A stretch of 64,000 bases of DNA from Hyphomicrobiales bacterium (GTDB taxonomy: Bacteria > Pseudomonadota > Alphaproteobacteria > Rhizobiales > Beijerinckiaceae). This document shows positions 11,189 through 20,200 of the stretch, piece by piece; position 1 is the stretch's first letter, and every line of letters begins with the position of its first letter. The DNA is taken from positions 908-64,907 of the forward strand of contig JAYTTW010000148.1 of assembly GCA_043744855.1 (NCBI GenBank). Reading direction: 5' to 3'. The notes under the pieces were generated by a model. It searched no databases. It was not told the DNA's origin and saw only the letters and a program-made list of their open reading frames with translations. A program made the translations under genes and the position numbers.

Positions 11189-11980
11189 ATGCAGCGTTAT
11201 TTCAGATTGCTTTCCGCAGCCAGCTTCCTCACCGCCGCCGCGCTGACCGGCCCGGCTTTCGCCGCGACCTGCGGCAACACAGGCGCCGGCTTCGAGAACT
11301 GGAAAGAGCAGTTCGCCCAGGAGGCCAAAAGCAAGGTTGGCGCCACCGCCATTTCGGCTTTGATGACCACGCACTACAACAGCCCCACCATTGGCGCCGA
11401 TCGCAATCAATCCGGCTTCCGGCTGACCTTGGCGCAATTCATGCAAAAGCGCGGCGGTCCCGCTATCGCCTCGCGCGGCAAATCGATGAAGCATTCGCAG
11501 GCGGCGTTGTTCTCGCAAATCGAACAGCGGTACGGCGTGCCGGCCGGCCCATTGCTGGCGATCTGGGGCATGGAGACAGGCTTTGGCGCCATGCGCGGCA
11601 ACCAGAATGCGCTCTCCGCCGTGGCGACCCTTGCCTACGATTGCCGCCGCTCGGCGTATTTTACCGAGCAACTCTACGCCGCCCTGACACTTGTTGATCG
11701 CGGCGTGTTGTCGGCTGGATCGCGCGGCTCCATGCACGGCGAAGTCGGCCACACCCAGTTTCTGCCGAAAAACATCTTGCTGTACGGCACCGGCGGCAGC
11801 CTCGACAATTCCTCGACCGCCCTCATGTCAACGGCGAATTTTCTGAAAGGTCACGGCTGGCGCGCTGGCGCCGGCTATCAGCCGGGCGAGCCGAACTACG
11901 CCGCTATCCAGGCCTGGAACGCCGCCTCGGTTTACGAGCAGGCTATCGCCATCATCGGCAAGCAGATCGACGGCAACTGA
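11189..11980 (+). CDS. Lytic murein transglycosylase (MltB/SLT_2 family)
   Basis: Signal peptide; LAIWGMETGFG, ATLAYDCRRS, GEVGHTQFLP, TANFLKGHGW; GGAG RBS. Confidence 0.9.
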   Translation: MQRYFRLLSAASFLTAAALTGPAFAATCGNTGAGFENWKEQFAQEAKSKVGATAISALMTTHYNSPTIGADRNQSGFRLTLAQFMQKRGGPAIASRGKSMKHSQAALFSQIEQRYGVPAGPLLAIWGMETGFGAMRGNQNALSAVATLAYDCRRSAYFTEQLYAALTLVDRGVLSAGSRGSMHGEVGHTQFLPKNILLYGTGGSLDNSSTALMSTANFLKGHGWRAGAGYQPGEPNYAAIQAWNAASVYEQAIAIIGKQIDGN

Positions 11981-11992
11981 CGCCCAGGCTCG

Positions 11993-13066
11993 TTACGGTT
12001 TGCTGGTGACGACCGACGCCTTTTCAACGACGCTCGCCGGCGTCTCGTACAACGCACGAAACTCCGCCACCGTGTCGTCGCCCGACATCGGCGCGAATTC
12101 CGTGCCGCTGCGCCGCGCTTCCTCCTGAAAGGCCGGGTCGGCTGTCGTCTCCAGCAACGCCTTGCGCAGCGCGCCAAGACGTTCGAGCGGTACACCCGGT
12201 GGGAACGCGAATGGCCGCGTCAGTTCGGCAACGCCGAAAACGAGGCGGGCCATTTGCACTTCCTCTTCGCTCTTCAGCAACGAGTAGAGGTTTGTCGCCG
12301 CACCGAAGAAGGGCACGTTGCGCTGATATCCTGCCTGCACGAACAGGTTGAGCCTGCCGGCCTGATAGTCGTCGAGAAAAGCGGTGCGGACGGTTGACTC
12401 GAACATGCCGCAGGAACCGCCAAGTTCGCCCGACTGCATCGCGAGGTTGATCTCGCGCGTGCCCTTGTAGCCGGCGATCACCTTCAGGTTGGCGCCCGTG
12501 ACGTTTTTCATGAACAGCGCCCAGCGCGTCAGCGGCGCGTCGCCGCCATCAGAACCGAACATGACCGTTTGCTTCGCGGCAATCAGGTCTTCGAGCTTGC
12601 GGATGCCTTGTCCAGCGCCGTTCCACACACCGCACGCCAGCGTGTCGCGATGAATATTGCCGATCCAGCCGAACTTCATCGTCTCGAATTTGGCCTTGGG
12701 GTCGCGATACAGCGGCATGACGGCGACCGTCGAGGAGAAGATGCCGGCGACCGTGCCGTCGCGCGGTGCAATATTGAACAAATTGTTGGCGCCGAGCAGG
12801 CTGCCGGCGCCGGTGATGTTCTGCACGATAACGCCGGGTTTGCCGGGAATGTGTTCGCCCAGATGCCGCGCCAGCAAGCGGGCGGTCGTGTCATAGCCGC
12901 CGCCGGCGCCGTAACCGACCCAGATGGTGATCGTCTTGGCCCTGTAGAAATCTTCAACGTCGTCCGCGCGAGCACTATCAACCGCGATCCATGCAGCGAA
13001 GGCTGCGGCGCTGAAAGTTGCAAGTCGGCGAATTTTATACGGGCGGGGCGACGCAACCGGTTGCAT
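11993..13066 (-). CDS. Bug/TctC-family tripartite tricarboxylate transporter substrate-binding protein
   Basis: DFYRAKTITIWVGYGAGGGYD, QNITGAGS, APRDGT, GYKG, RPFAFPPGVP; GGAGG RBS. Confidence 0.88.
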   Translation of the reverse strand: MQPVASPRPYKIRRLATFSAAAFAAWIAVDSARADDVEDFYRAKTITIWVGYGAGGGYDTTARLLARHLGEHIPGKPGVIVQNITGAGSLLGANNLFNIAPRDGTVAGIFSSTVAVMPLYRDPKAKFETMKFGWIGNIHRDTLACGVWNGAGQGIRKLEDLIAAKQTVMFGSDGGDAPLTRWALFMKNVTGANLKVIAGYKGTREINLAMQSGELGGSCGMFESTVRTAFLDDYQAGRLNLFVQAGYQRNVPFFGAATNLYSLLKSEEEVQMARLVFGVAELTRPFAFPPGVPLERLGALRKALLETTADPAFQEEARRSGTEFAPMSGDDTVAEFRALYETPASVVEKASVVTSKP

Positions 13067-13207
13067 ATATGCCTCCACGCAGCGCGACGGGCAGCAGGAC
13101 GTCGCGCTTCATGCGGTATTTTGCAACGGGCGACAATCCAGCCAACCGAAACTTGCACCAGCGCGATGCCGTAACTATAACTCAACCGTCAATTATCAGG
13201 AGGCTTC

Positions 13208-14203
13208 ATGTCGGCTCGCATCGACGTTCACGCGCATTCCATGAGTCCGGCGTTTCGCACCGCCATTCAGGCGATCGGCGGCATTATTCGCACACCCGAC
13301 TGGTCGCCAGAATTGGCGTTGCGCCACATGGACCGCCACGCCATACAGGCTGGCGTGTTGTCGCTGTCAACGCCCGGCACTCACCTCGGCGACGACGCCA
13401 GGGCGCGCGATCTCGCCCGCCGCGTCAATGAGGAAGCCGCAGGTTACATCCGGCAATGGCCGCAGCGCTTCGGTTCTTTCGCTACGTTGCCGATCCCTGA
13501 CATCGACGGCGCCTGCAAGGAGGTCGCCTACGCCCTCGATCACCTGCATCTGGATGGCGTCGGCTTGCTGGCGAACTACGAGGGAAAATATCTTGGGCAT
13601 CCCGACTTCGATCCGCTCCTGGCCGAACTCAACCAGCGCAAAGCGGTCGTGCTCGTGCATCCCAACAATCACCCCACGACACAAGCCGTTCGAAAGGGCA
13701 TCAGCGATGGCCTCGGAAATTTCCTCGTCGAATTTCTGTTCGACACGACGCGCGCTGCGCTCAACCTGTTGTTCACAGATGCGCTGCACCGGTTTCCCGG
13801 CATCCGCTGGATTCTGTGTCACTCCGGCGGCACGCTGCCGTTCGCGACGTGGCGGATTTCGGATATCGCTTCGCGCCAGATGATTCACCCGCCGTGGGAT
13901 ACGCAGTATCCGTCCGCCTACATGGCGCGCCATGGCGCCGGCCTGACGCAGGCGCAGGTGTTTAGCGATTTCAAACGCTTTTATTACGAGACGGCGTTGT
14001 CGGCTGGCCGACAGTCGCTCGGCTCGACGCGCGAGGTCGCTGCGCCCGACCATATTCTGTTTGGCAGTGACTGGCCGTATTGCCCGGACGACATGACGGA
14101 AGACATGATTTCCGCCACGCGGGACTCCGGTTTTTTTGATGACCGGCAGTTAGCTGCGGTCAATCGTGACAATGCGCTGAAATTGTTTCCGCGTTTCGCG
14201 TGA
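13208..14203 (+). CDS. Amidohydrolase_2 family metal-dependent hydrolase/decarboxylase
   Basis: IDVHAH, VLVHP, CHSGGTLP, LFGSDWPY, NALKLFPRF; AGGAGG RBS. Confidence 0.88.
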   Translation: MSARIDVHAHSMSPAFRTAIQAIGGIIRTPDWSPELALRHMDRHAIQAGVLSLSTPGTHLGDDARARDLARRVNEEAAGYIRQWPQRFGSFATLPIPDIDGACKEVAYALDHLHLDGVGLLANYEGKYLGHPDFDPLLAELNQRKAVVLVHPNNHPTTQAVRKGISDGLGNFLVEFLFDTTRAALNLLFTDALHRFPGIRWILCHSGGTLPFATWRISDIASRQMIHPPWDTQYPSAYMARHGAGLTQAQVFSDFKRFYYETALSAGRQSLGSTREVAAPDHILFGSDWPYCPDDMTEDMISATRDSGFFDDRQLAAVNRDNALKLFPRFA

Positions 14204-14220
14204 CTGGCGCCGCCAAACGC

Positions 14221-14271
14221 CAAGTCACAAACAAAGTCAGAAGCCAAGTCGCAAGTTAAAGTCAAAGTCAC
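14221..14271. repeat. Degenerate AAGTC microsatellite-like direct repeats (6/12-bp period)
   Basis: AAGTC at 14222, 14234, 14246, 14259 and 14265, with AAGCC/AAGTT variants between. Confidence 0.6.
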
Positions 14272-14332
14272 ATGATTGACGCAACACGGTATGCCGACTA
14301 GGTTGCCGCTTGATAATCGGTTCAAGATTTGC

Positions 14333-15337
14333 ATGCGGAAAATTTTAGGTGCGCTCATTGCCTGCGGGGCTCTGACTGGTTGCGTCGGCGATGAAGTCGC
14401 GTCGGGCAATTTTCAGACAGCTAGCGTTGTACAGCCCGTCTCCCAGCCCGTCTCCCAGCCAGCATCCGTTGGCGCTGTGTCCGCCGCGGCGCCAGCTAAA
14501 TCGAGACAAGCGGTTGAGCGCGCCCAGGATCGTCCGCAGTCGCTCGAAGCCAGCCTCCCCAAGCCCGTTGCATCGAATGAGCCGATCGCCAAAAATATCG
14601 CGGCGCCAGCGGCCCAAAACAATCCGTCTCCGGCGCCTCAGGCAACACAAACGTCGCCCGCCGCGTTAACGTCCGCGCGCCCTTTGGAGCAAACCATCGT
14701 CGCCGCGTCACCGCCGGCCGCAAGTCTCGCTGCTCCTGCCCTCGCTAATCCTGTCGCCGCCAATTCTGCCTTGGGTAATCCCGGCGCCAACAATGCCGTG
14801 CGCCCGGTTCCCGCAGCTGTGCAATCCTTTGCATCGACACCGGGAGTTTCCGTGGAGCGCCTGCCAATCGTTCGCGCATCGCTTCTTTCAAATGAAGGCG
14901 CGCTGTCTGGTGGCCCGGCTCGCGAGTACGGCTACGCACCATCAGGCGAGGCGCCGCCGCAGGATGGCCTGAGCCTGCACCGGCCGGATTTCAACAAGAC
15001 GACGCGGCTCGTGCACGGCCTCGGCCAACGTTACTACGCCGCCTATTCAAATACAGTTATTGCGTGTTTCCCGGAAAAGCTGCGCGCCGCGCTGAACACG
15101 ATTGCTGAGCATTACGGCAAGGATGTCGAGGTGACCTCAGGTCATCGCACCAATGGCCGGCGCGGCTCCTATCATCGCAAATGCATGGCTGCCGATATTC
15201 GCGTCGCCGGTGTGACGCCGGCGCAGTTGGCGACCTTCGCCAAGAGTCTCGAGGGGCTCAATGGAGTTGGCAGCTACCATCACAACGACGTCGTCCATGT
15301 CGACGTCCGCGATTACGAGATGAGCTGGCGCTACTGA
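14333..15337 (+). CDS. Lipoprotein with low-complexity linker and C-terminal peptidase M15 (D-Ala-D-Ala peptidase-like) domain
   Basis: Lipobox LTGC; VTSGHR, SYHRKCMAADI, GVGSY..VHVD Zn motifs. Confidence 0.85.
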   Translation: MRKILGALIACGALTGCVGDEVASGNFQTASVVQPVSQPVSQPASVGAVSAAAPAKSRQAVERAQDRPQSLEASLPKPVASNEPIAKNIAAPAAQNNPSPAPQATQTSPAALTSARPLEQTIVAASPPAASLAAPALANPVAANSALGNPGANNAVRPVPAAVQSFASTPGVSVERLPIVRASLLSNEGALSGGPAREYGYAPSGEAPPQDGLSLHRPDFNKTTRLVHGLGQRYYAAYSNTVIACFPEKLRAALNTIAEHYGKDVEVTSGHRTNGRRGSYHRKCMAADIRVAGVTPAQLATFAKSLEGLNGVGSYHHNDVVHVDVRDYEMSWRY

Positions 15338-15340
15338 AGC

Positions 15341-15450
15341 GGCGCTGGCTTACGTCAGCGGCAGTTTGGCGCCACTGGCTTACGTCAGCGCCAGATTGAT
15401 ACCACTGGCTTACGTCAGCGGCAGATTGATACCGCTGGCTTACGCCAGCG
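15341..15450. repeat. 4 x 30-bp tandem array with hairpin core CTGGCTTACG(T/C)CAGCG
   Basis: Units start at 15341, 15371, 15401 and 15431; the last core overlaps the TAA of the aminotransferase. Confidence 0.92.
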
Positions 15451-16762
15451 CTTGGATCGTCTTGGCGGTCTTGTCCACCACTTCGCCGATTTGCGCTTCA
15501 CTGATGATCAGCGGCGGCGACAACACAATCGTATCGCCGGCAATGCGAAACAATAAATCCTGCCGGTGATAGGCTTCATCCATCGCCTCAAAACCGCGCT
15601 TGCCGGGACCCACGGAACTGGCCGCAAGATCGATCGCGCCGACCATACCGATGGTGCGGATATCTGTGACCCCCGGCAGACCCTTCAACGTGTGCACCGC
15701 GTCGGCCCAGATTGGCTCGAGCTTGCGCGCCCGTTCGAACAGCCCTTCCTTCTCGTACACGTCCAACGTTGCAAGCGCTGCCGCGCAGGCGAGTGGATGG
15801 GCTGAATAGGTGTAGCCGTGGAACATCTCGACCGCGTGCTCGGGACCCTTCATGAAAGCCTCGTAGATGCCTTTGCGCACCACGACGCCGCCCATCGGCA
15901 CGGTGCCCGATGTAATGCCTTTGGCGAAGCAGATGATGTCGGGAACCACGCCATAGCGCTCGGCGGCGAAGGCGTATCCAAGCCGGCCAAACCCGGTGAT
16001 GACTTCGTCGAAAATCAGCAGGATGCCGTGCTTGTCGCAAATCTGCCGCAGCTTTTGCAGATAGCCCTTGGGGGCCGCAATCACGCCCGTCGATCCCGCC
16101 ATCGGCTCCACGATAACTGCGGCGATGGTCGAAGCGTCATGCAGCGCGACGATATTTTCGAGTTCGTCGGCGAGGTGCGCACCCCATTCCGGCTCGCCCT
16201 TCGAGAACGCCTGATGTTCCTTGTTGTAGGTCGTCGGCAGGTGATCGACGCCCGCCAGCATCGAACCGTAGATCTTGCGGTTGGGCGACATGCCGCCCAC
16301 CGAGATGCCGCCAAAACCGACGCCGTGATAGCCGCGCACGCGACCGATCAGGCGCTGGCGCTGGCCCTGTCCCAGCATATGGAAATAGCCAATCGCCATT
16401 TTCAGCGCGGTATCCACCGCCTCAGAGCCGGAATTGGCAAAGAACACGTGATCGAGATCGCCGGGCGCCATGGCGGCGACGCGCGTCGCAAGCTGGAACG
16501 CCTTCGGGTTGCCAAAATGGAACGGCGGCGAGAAATCCATCTCCGCCGCCTGCTCCTGGATCGCCTTGACGATGGGTTCGCGACTGTGGCCGGCGTTGAC
16601 GCACCAAAGGCCGGCCGCGCCATCCAGCAGCTTGCGGCCTTCCGGCGTCCAGTAGTGCATGTCCTTGGCGCGCGACAACATGCGCGGCGCTTTTTTGAAC
16701 GAGCGGTTCGCCGTGAACGGCATCCAGTAGGCGGCGAGATCGTTGGGCGCGGCAGTCGACAT
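15440..16762 (-). CDS. Class III aminotransferase (omega-amino acid/beta-alanine:pyruvate type)
   Basis: YWMPFTANR, GLWCVNAGH, NSGSEAVD, GYHG, FDEVITGFGR, PLP lysine in FAKG, HGYTYSAHP. Confidence 0.93.
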   Translation of the reverse strand: MSTAAPNDLAAYWMPFTANRSFKKAPRMLSRAKDMHYWTPEGRKLLDGAAGLWCVNAGHSREPIVKAIQEQAAEMDFSPPFHFGNPKAFQLATRVAAMAPGDLDHVFFANSGSEAVDTALKMAIGYFHMLGQGQRQRLIGRVRGYHGVGFGGISVGGMSPNRKIYGSMLAGVDHLPTTYNKEHQAFSKGEPEWGAHLADELENIVALHDASTIAAVIVEPMAGSTGVIAAPKGYLQKLRQICDKHGILLIFDEVITGFGRLGYAFAAERYGVVPDIICFAKGITSGTVPMGGVVVRKGIYEAFMKGPEHAVEMFHGYTYSAHPLACAAALATLDVYEKEGLFERARKLEPIWADAVHTLKGLPGVTDIRTIGMVGAIDLAASSVGPGKRGFEAMDEAYHRQDLLFRIAGDTIVLSPPLIISEAQIGEVVDKTAKTIQALA

Positions 16763-16885
16763 GGGGACTCCTCCAAAGTTGGCGGTTCATAGCACGGGCT
16801 TGGCGCATGTGGAATGTCAGCGGCGCGACGCGCCAATATTTTGCTCCGTAACCACAGTGCAAAGGGGTTTCGCAAAGGCTCGCAG

Positions 16886-18328
16886 CTAGCTGTCGGCGAT
16901 CGTCACTTCATCGTGGAATTCGTCGAACTGCGCGACATGCGGCGCCCGCACCACTGTCACCGTGCACGGCGCTTCGGCGACGACGCGCGCTGATACGCTG
17001 CCCAGAAAGCGTCGGTAGCTGGGCGCCGCACGCGAGCCGATCAGCAATTGATCGACGTGATTCATCTTCGCGTAATCGACCAGCGCCACCGCAGGGTCCA
17101 TGTGTTCAAGCACATGAAAAGTGACGCGTTCGGGCGACAGGCCGAGCGTTCGCGCCCACTCCTTCAGTTCGACCAGACGCAGCACGTGAATGCTTCGCCC
17201 TTCTTCATCGAAGGTCGGGTTGATGGTGAGCAGGCTCAACTTCAATACAGTAACGCAGGCCACCCGCACGCCAGGCGAGACCAGCAGCAATCGCTTGAGG
17301 TAACTTCGCACCTCCTCCGTCAACATTTCCGAGGCTGGAGCGAAGTCGATGGCGGCCATGATGATCGGCGCCAGATTGATTTGCGCCTCGCGCGCATGAA
17401 ACTGCTTGTCACTCTGGTTGCGCATGGCGAAACGCTTGCGTAACGCGGTGAAATAGCTGGAGCGCTGCAATCGCTCCGCCCGTTCCGTCAGCGCCACCTG
17501 CGTCGGATTGACAAACGCGAATGACAGTTGCGCCGCCGTCTCGTAACGCTCATCCGGGTTTACCTCGAGGCATTTCAGGATGACCTCCTGTAGCCACGGC
17601 GGCAGCTCCGGCGCCAGCTTTCGCGGCGGCGGCGGATCGCGCCAAATGCGCCGGCGCAATTGGCTTTGGGCTTGCGGCAAACCGAATGGCCGCACATTGG
17701 TGGCGAGATAGTAAAGCACGACGCCGAGCGAAAAGATGTCGGAGCGCGCGTCAGAGCGGTTCTTCATCACTTGCTCCGGCGCGATATAAGGGCCGGTGCC
17801 CATCGGCACGTGGAACTCCTCTTCCAGCAAATCCGGCAGCAGAAGATGCCGCGACAGGCCGAAGTCGATGAGCGCCGCCTCGCCGCTTTCGCGCAGCATC
17901 ACGTTCGACGGCTTGATGTCGAGATGCAGCACCTTCTGGCGATGCAGATCAACAAGCGCCGCAGAAACGCGCCGCCCGATCGAAGCGACCTCCAGTGCTG
18001 GCAACGGCGCTTTTGAGAGCAAGGCAAACAGCGAGTGGCCCTTGATCTCCTCCATGACGAGATAGGGCTGGCGGGCAAAGTCTCCGACCGCATAGAACCG
18101 CGGTACATGCACGCCGGTCAGGCGTGGCAATATCATCATCTCCATCTCGAAGCCGACGATAACTGTAGCGTCGTCGGAATCCTCGATGTTCGGTACTTTC
18201 ATGACGATGGGTTGATCGATGTCGGGGCGGGTCACGCGCCAGATCGTCGCCATGCCGCCCGTATGAACTTTTTCGACGACGCGGAAGCCGTCGATTTCCT
18301 GGCCCGGCTCAAATTCGTAACGCGGCAT
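16886..18328 (-). CDS. Hanks-type Ser/Thr protein kinase fused to a C-terminal universal stress protein (USP) domain
   Basis: TGGMA loop, VMKVP, HLDIKPSN, DFG, GTGPYIAPE, SDIFSLG; USP motifs IMAAID...LLIGSR..LGSVSARVVAEAPCTVTVVR; RBS AGGAAGG overlaps the upstream stop. Confidence 0.92.
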   Translation of the reverse strand: MPRYEFEPGQEIDGFRVVEKVHTGGMATIWRVTRPDIDQPIVMKVPNIEDSDDATVIVGFEMEMMILPRLTGVHVPRFYAVGDFARQPYLVMEEIKGHSLFALLSKAPLPALEVASIGRRVSAALVDLHRQKVLHLDIKPSNVMLRESGEAALIDFGLSRHLLLPDLLEEEFHVPMGTGPYIAPEQVMKNRSDARSDIFSLGVVLYYLATNVRPFGLPQAQSQLRRRIWRDPPPPRKLAPELPPWLQEVILKCLEVNPDERYETAAQLSFAFVNPTQVALTERAERLQRSSYFTALRKRFAMRNQSDKQFHAREAQINLAPIIMAAIDFAPASEMLTEEVRSYLKRLLLVSPGVRVACVTVLKLSLLTINPTFDEEGRSIHVLRLVELKEWARTLGLSPERVTFHVLEHMDPAVALVDYAKMNHVDQLLIGSRAAPSYRRFLGSVSARVVAEAPCTVTVVRAPHVAQFDEFHDEVTIADS

Positions 18329-18335
18329 GGCCTTC

Positions 18336-19079
18336 CTATCTGCCGATGAAGAGGCGCGCCGCGAGGATTTGCGGCAGTCCGGCGGTGCGGATTTTGGCGG
18401 CCGCCGTATCGACGTCGTAGCCGACGCGATGGTAGACGATTTCATTCTTCGCCGTATCGAGCAGACACCAGGCGGCGGCGGGGTTCTGGTCGCGCGGTTG
18501 GCCAACCGAGCCGGCAACGCAGAGCCATTTGCGCGAGGCCATCAACGGCGCCGGCGCTCCGCTGACAGGCGCGAAATACTTCGGCGGGCGTTGCGGGGCC
18601 ATATGATAGAGCTGGGGTCGATGCACATGACCGCAGAAGGTCAGTCGCGCCGTCGTCGCAACGAGGCTGCGTTCGGCGCTATCAATATCGGTGATGTAAT
18701 TCCAGTCTTCCGGGTGTGACGCTTCGGCATGAACGTAAAGCCGGTCTTCCTCGACGACGGTCATCGGTCGCTGCGCCAACCACTGCTTGCCCTCTGCATC
18801 GAGCGCCGCATGGGTCCACTCGATCGCGGCGCGGGCGTAGTCGTTCATGTGCTCGGTGTCGCAATTCACCGCCGCAATGTCATGGTTGCCCAGCACACAC
18901 AGCGCCCCGTCAAGGACTGCCTTACGCACCCGGTCGATGACATAGTTCGGATCGGCGCCATAGCCGACAAGATCGCCGAGGAATACCCAGCGGTCCACTC
19001 CCTGACGCCGCGCGTGGGCCAAGCAAGCGTCCAGCGCCTCGCGATTGCCATGAATATCAGAAAGCAAGGCGATGCGCAT
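18336..19079 (-). CDS. Calcineurin-like metallophosphoesterase
   Basis: SDIHGN, GDLVGYG, GNHD, VHA, GHVH, GSVGQPRD. Confidence 0.92.
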   Translation of the reverse strand: MRIALLSDIHGNREALDACLAHARRQGVDRWVFLGDLVGYGADPNYVIDRVRKAVLDGALCVLGNHDIAAVNCDTEHMNDYARAAIEWTHAALDAEGKQWLAQRPMTVVEEDRLYVHAEASHPEDWNYITDIDSAERSLVATTARLTFCGHVHRPQLYHMAPQRPPKYFAPVSGAPAPLMASRKWLCVAGSVGQPRDQNPAAAWCLLDTAKNEIVYHRVGYDVDTAAAKIRTAGLPQILAARLFIGR

Positions 19080-19149
19080 AAATGACCCTGATTGCGGCCC
19101 TGGCGACAAAGCCTGGGTCGAAGCGCGCGACCACCCGCGCCAGTCTTTA

Positions 19150-19599
19150 TCAGGCGCCGGCGTCCGGCTCGAACTTGAGGCTTACGCCGTTCATGCAGTA
19201 GCGCAAACCGGTCGGTCGCGGCCCGTCCTCAAAAACGTGGCCGAGATGGCCGCCGCAATCGGCGCAATGCACTTCAACCCGCTTCATGAAGAACTTGCTG
19301 TCATCGGATGTCTGGACCGCGCCCGGCATCGGGTCATAGAAACTCGGCCATCCCGTTCCTGAGTTGAACTTCGTTTGCGAATTGAACAACGGCTTGGCGC
19401 AGCCGGCGCAAGCGAACACGCCCTTGCCTTTTTCATGATCGAGCGGGCTCGTGCCCGCCCGTTCCGTCCCATGCTCGCGCAAGACGTAATAGGCATCTGG
19501 CGACAACGAAGTCTTCCACTCCGCATCGCTTTTCTTGACGGAAAAATTTTCGTCGGACGGCGGCTTGGAACCACCGAAAAGTGAACTGATCCCGGCCAT
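19150..19599 (-). CDS. msrB: Peptide-methionine (R)-S-oxide reductase
   Basis: VLREHGTE, CAGC, KFNSGTGWPSF, CGGHLGHVFEDGP, RYCMNG. Confidence 0.96.
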   Translation of the reverse strand: MAGISSLFGGSKPPSDENFSVKKSDAEWKTSLSPDAYYVLREHGTERAGTSPLDHEKGKGVFACAGCAKPLFNSQTKFNSGTGWPSFYDPMPGAVQTSDDSKFFMKRVEVHCADCGGHLGHVFEDGPRPTGLRYCMNGVSLKFEPDAGA

Positions 19600-19779
19600 G
19601 GAAGCGTCTCCCCTCTGGATTGCGGGCAATACTGGCTGCGGAGGCAGACTGGCGGATGCATGTCCGGCAGCTTTATCTTCCGCACCCATCTACATGGGGG
19701 CGGAGTTGGCCGGTGCAACCAGCCTGCCGCACCAATGGTTGTATTTCAAAATTCGCGCGGCAAAATACGCAAATGATTC

Positions 19780-19823
19780 GCGCCCAAGTTCGCCGGACAG
19801 GGCGCCCAAGTTCGCCGGACAGG
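19780..19823. repeat. Perfect 22-bp tandem duplication
   Basis: GCGCCCAAGTTCGCCGGACAGG at 19780-19801 and 19802-19823. Confidence 0.9.
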
Positions 19824-19834
19824 CAAGCCCGGCC

Positions 19835-20074
19835 TCAAATCTTGCCGTGCGTCCCGTCGCACAGCGGGCGGTTTACCGCGTGTTTGCAGCCGCAAAAATA
19901 CACCTTGCCGCTCTTTGTTGCGGTGTAGCGGATCGGCGTCATATCCGTCGGCTTGTGCGAACCATCGCAAAAAGGCTGCTTGCTGGATAAGCCGCACGCA
20001 CACCACGCATAGGATTTCCCGGCTTCGACATCGACGGGATAGGGGGCCTTCTGGGCGATGGTCGGATGCGACAT
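19835..20074 (-). CDS. CDGSH iron-sulfur domain protein (two CDGSH motifs, MiNT/CISD3-like)
   Basis: WCACGLSSKQPFCDGSH and FCGCK..PLCDGTH. Confidence 0.92.
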   Translation of the reverse strand: MSHPTIAQKAPYPVDVEAGKSYAWCACGLSSKQPFCDGSHKPTDMTPIRYTATKSGKVYFCGCKHAVNRPLCDGTHGKI

Positions 20075-20200
20075 TCTCTAAATTCCTTTTTTGCGTCGGG
20101 GCGGCGATGGCGACCTAAGGGTTCGTTTGAAGCTGGACGGACAGGCTCGCTTACGCCCATTCGATAACGCAAGCTGGCGCTGCCGACAAATTGCCGGGTC

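Noticed and set aside
15341-15450. CRISPR array
   Set aside because: The core is only 16 bp, the 14-bp spacers are near-identical to each other, and there are no cas genes or leader. It is a tandem repeat.
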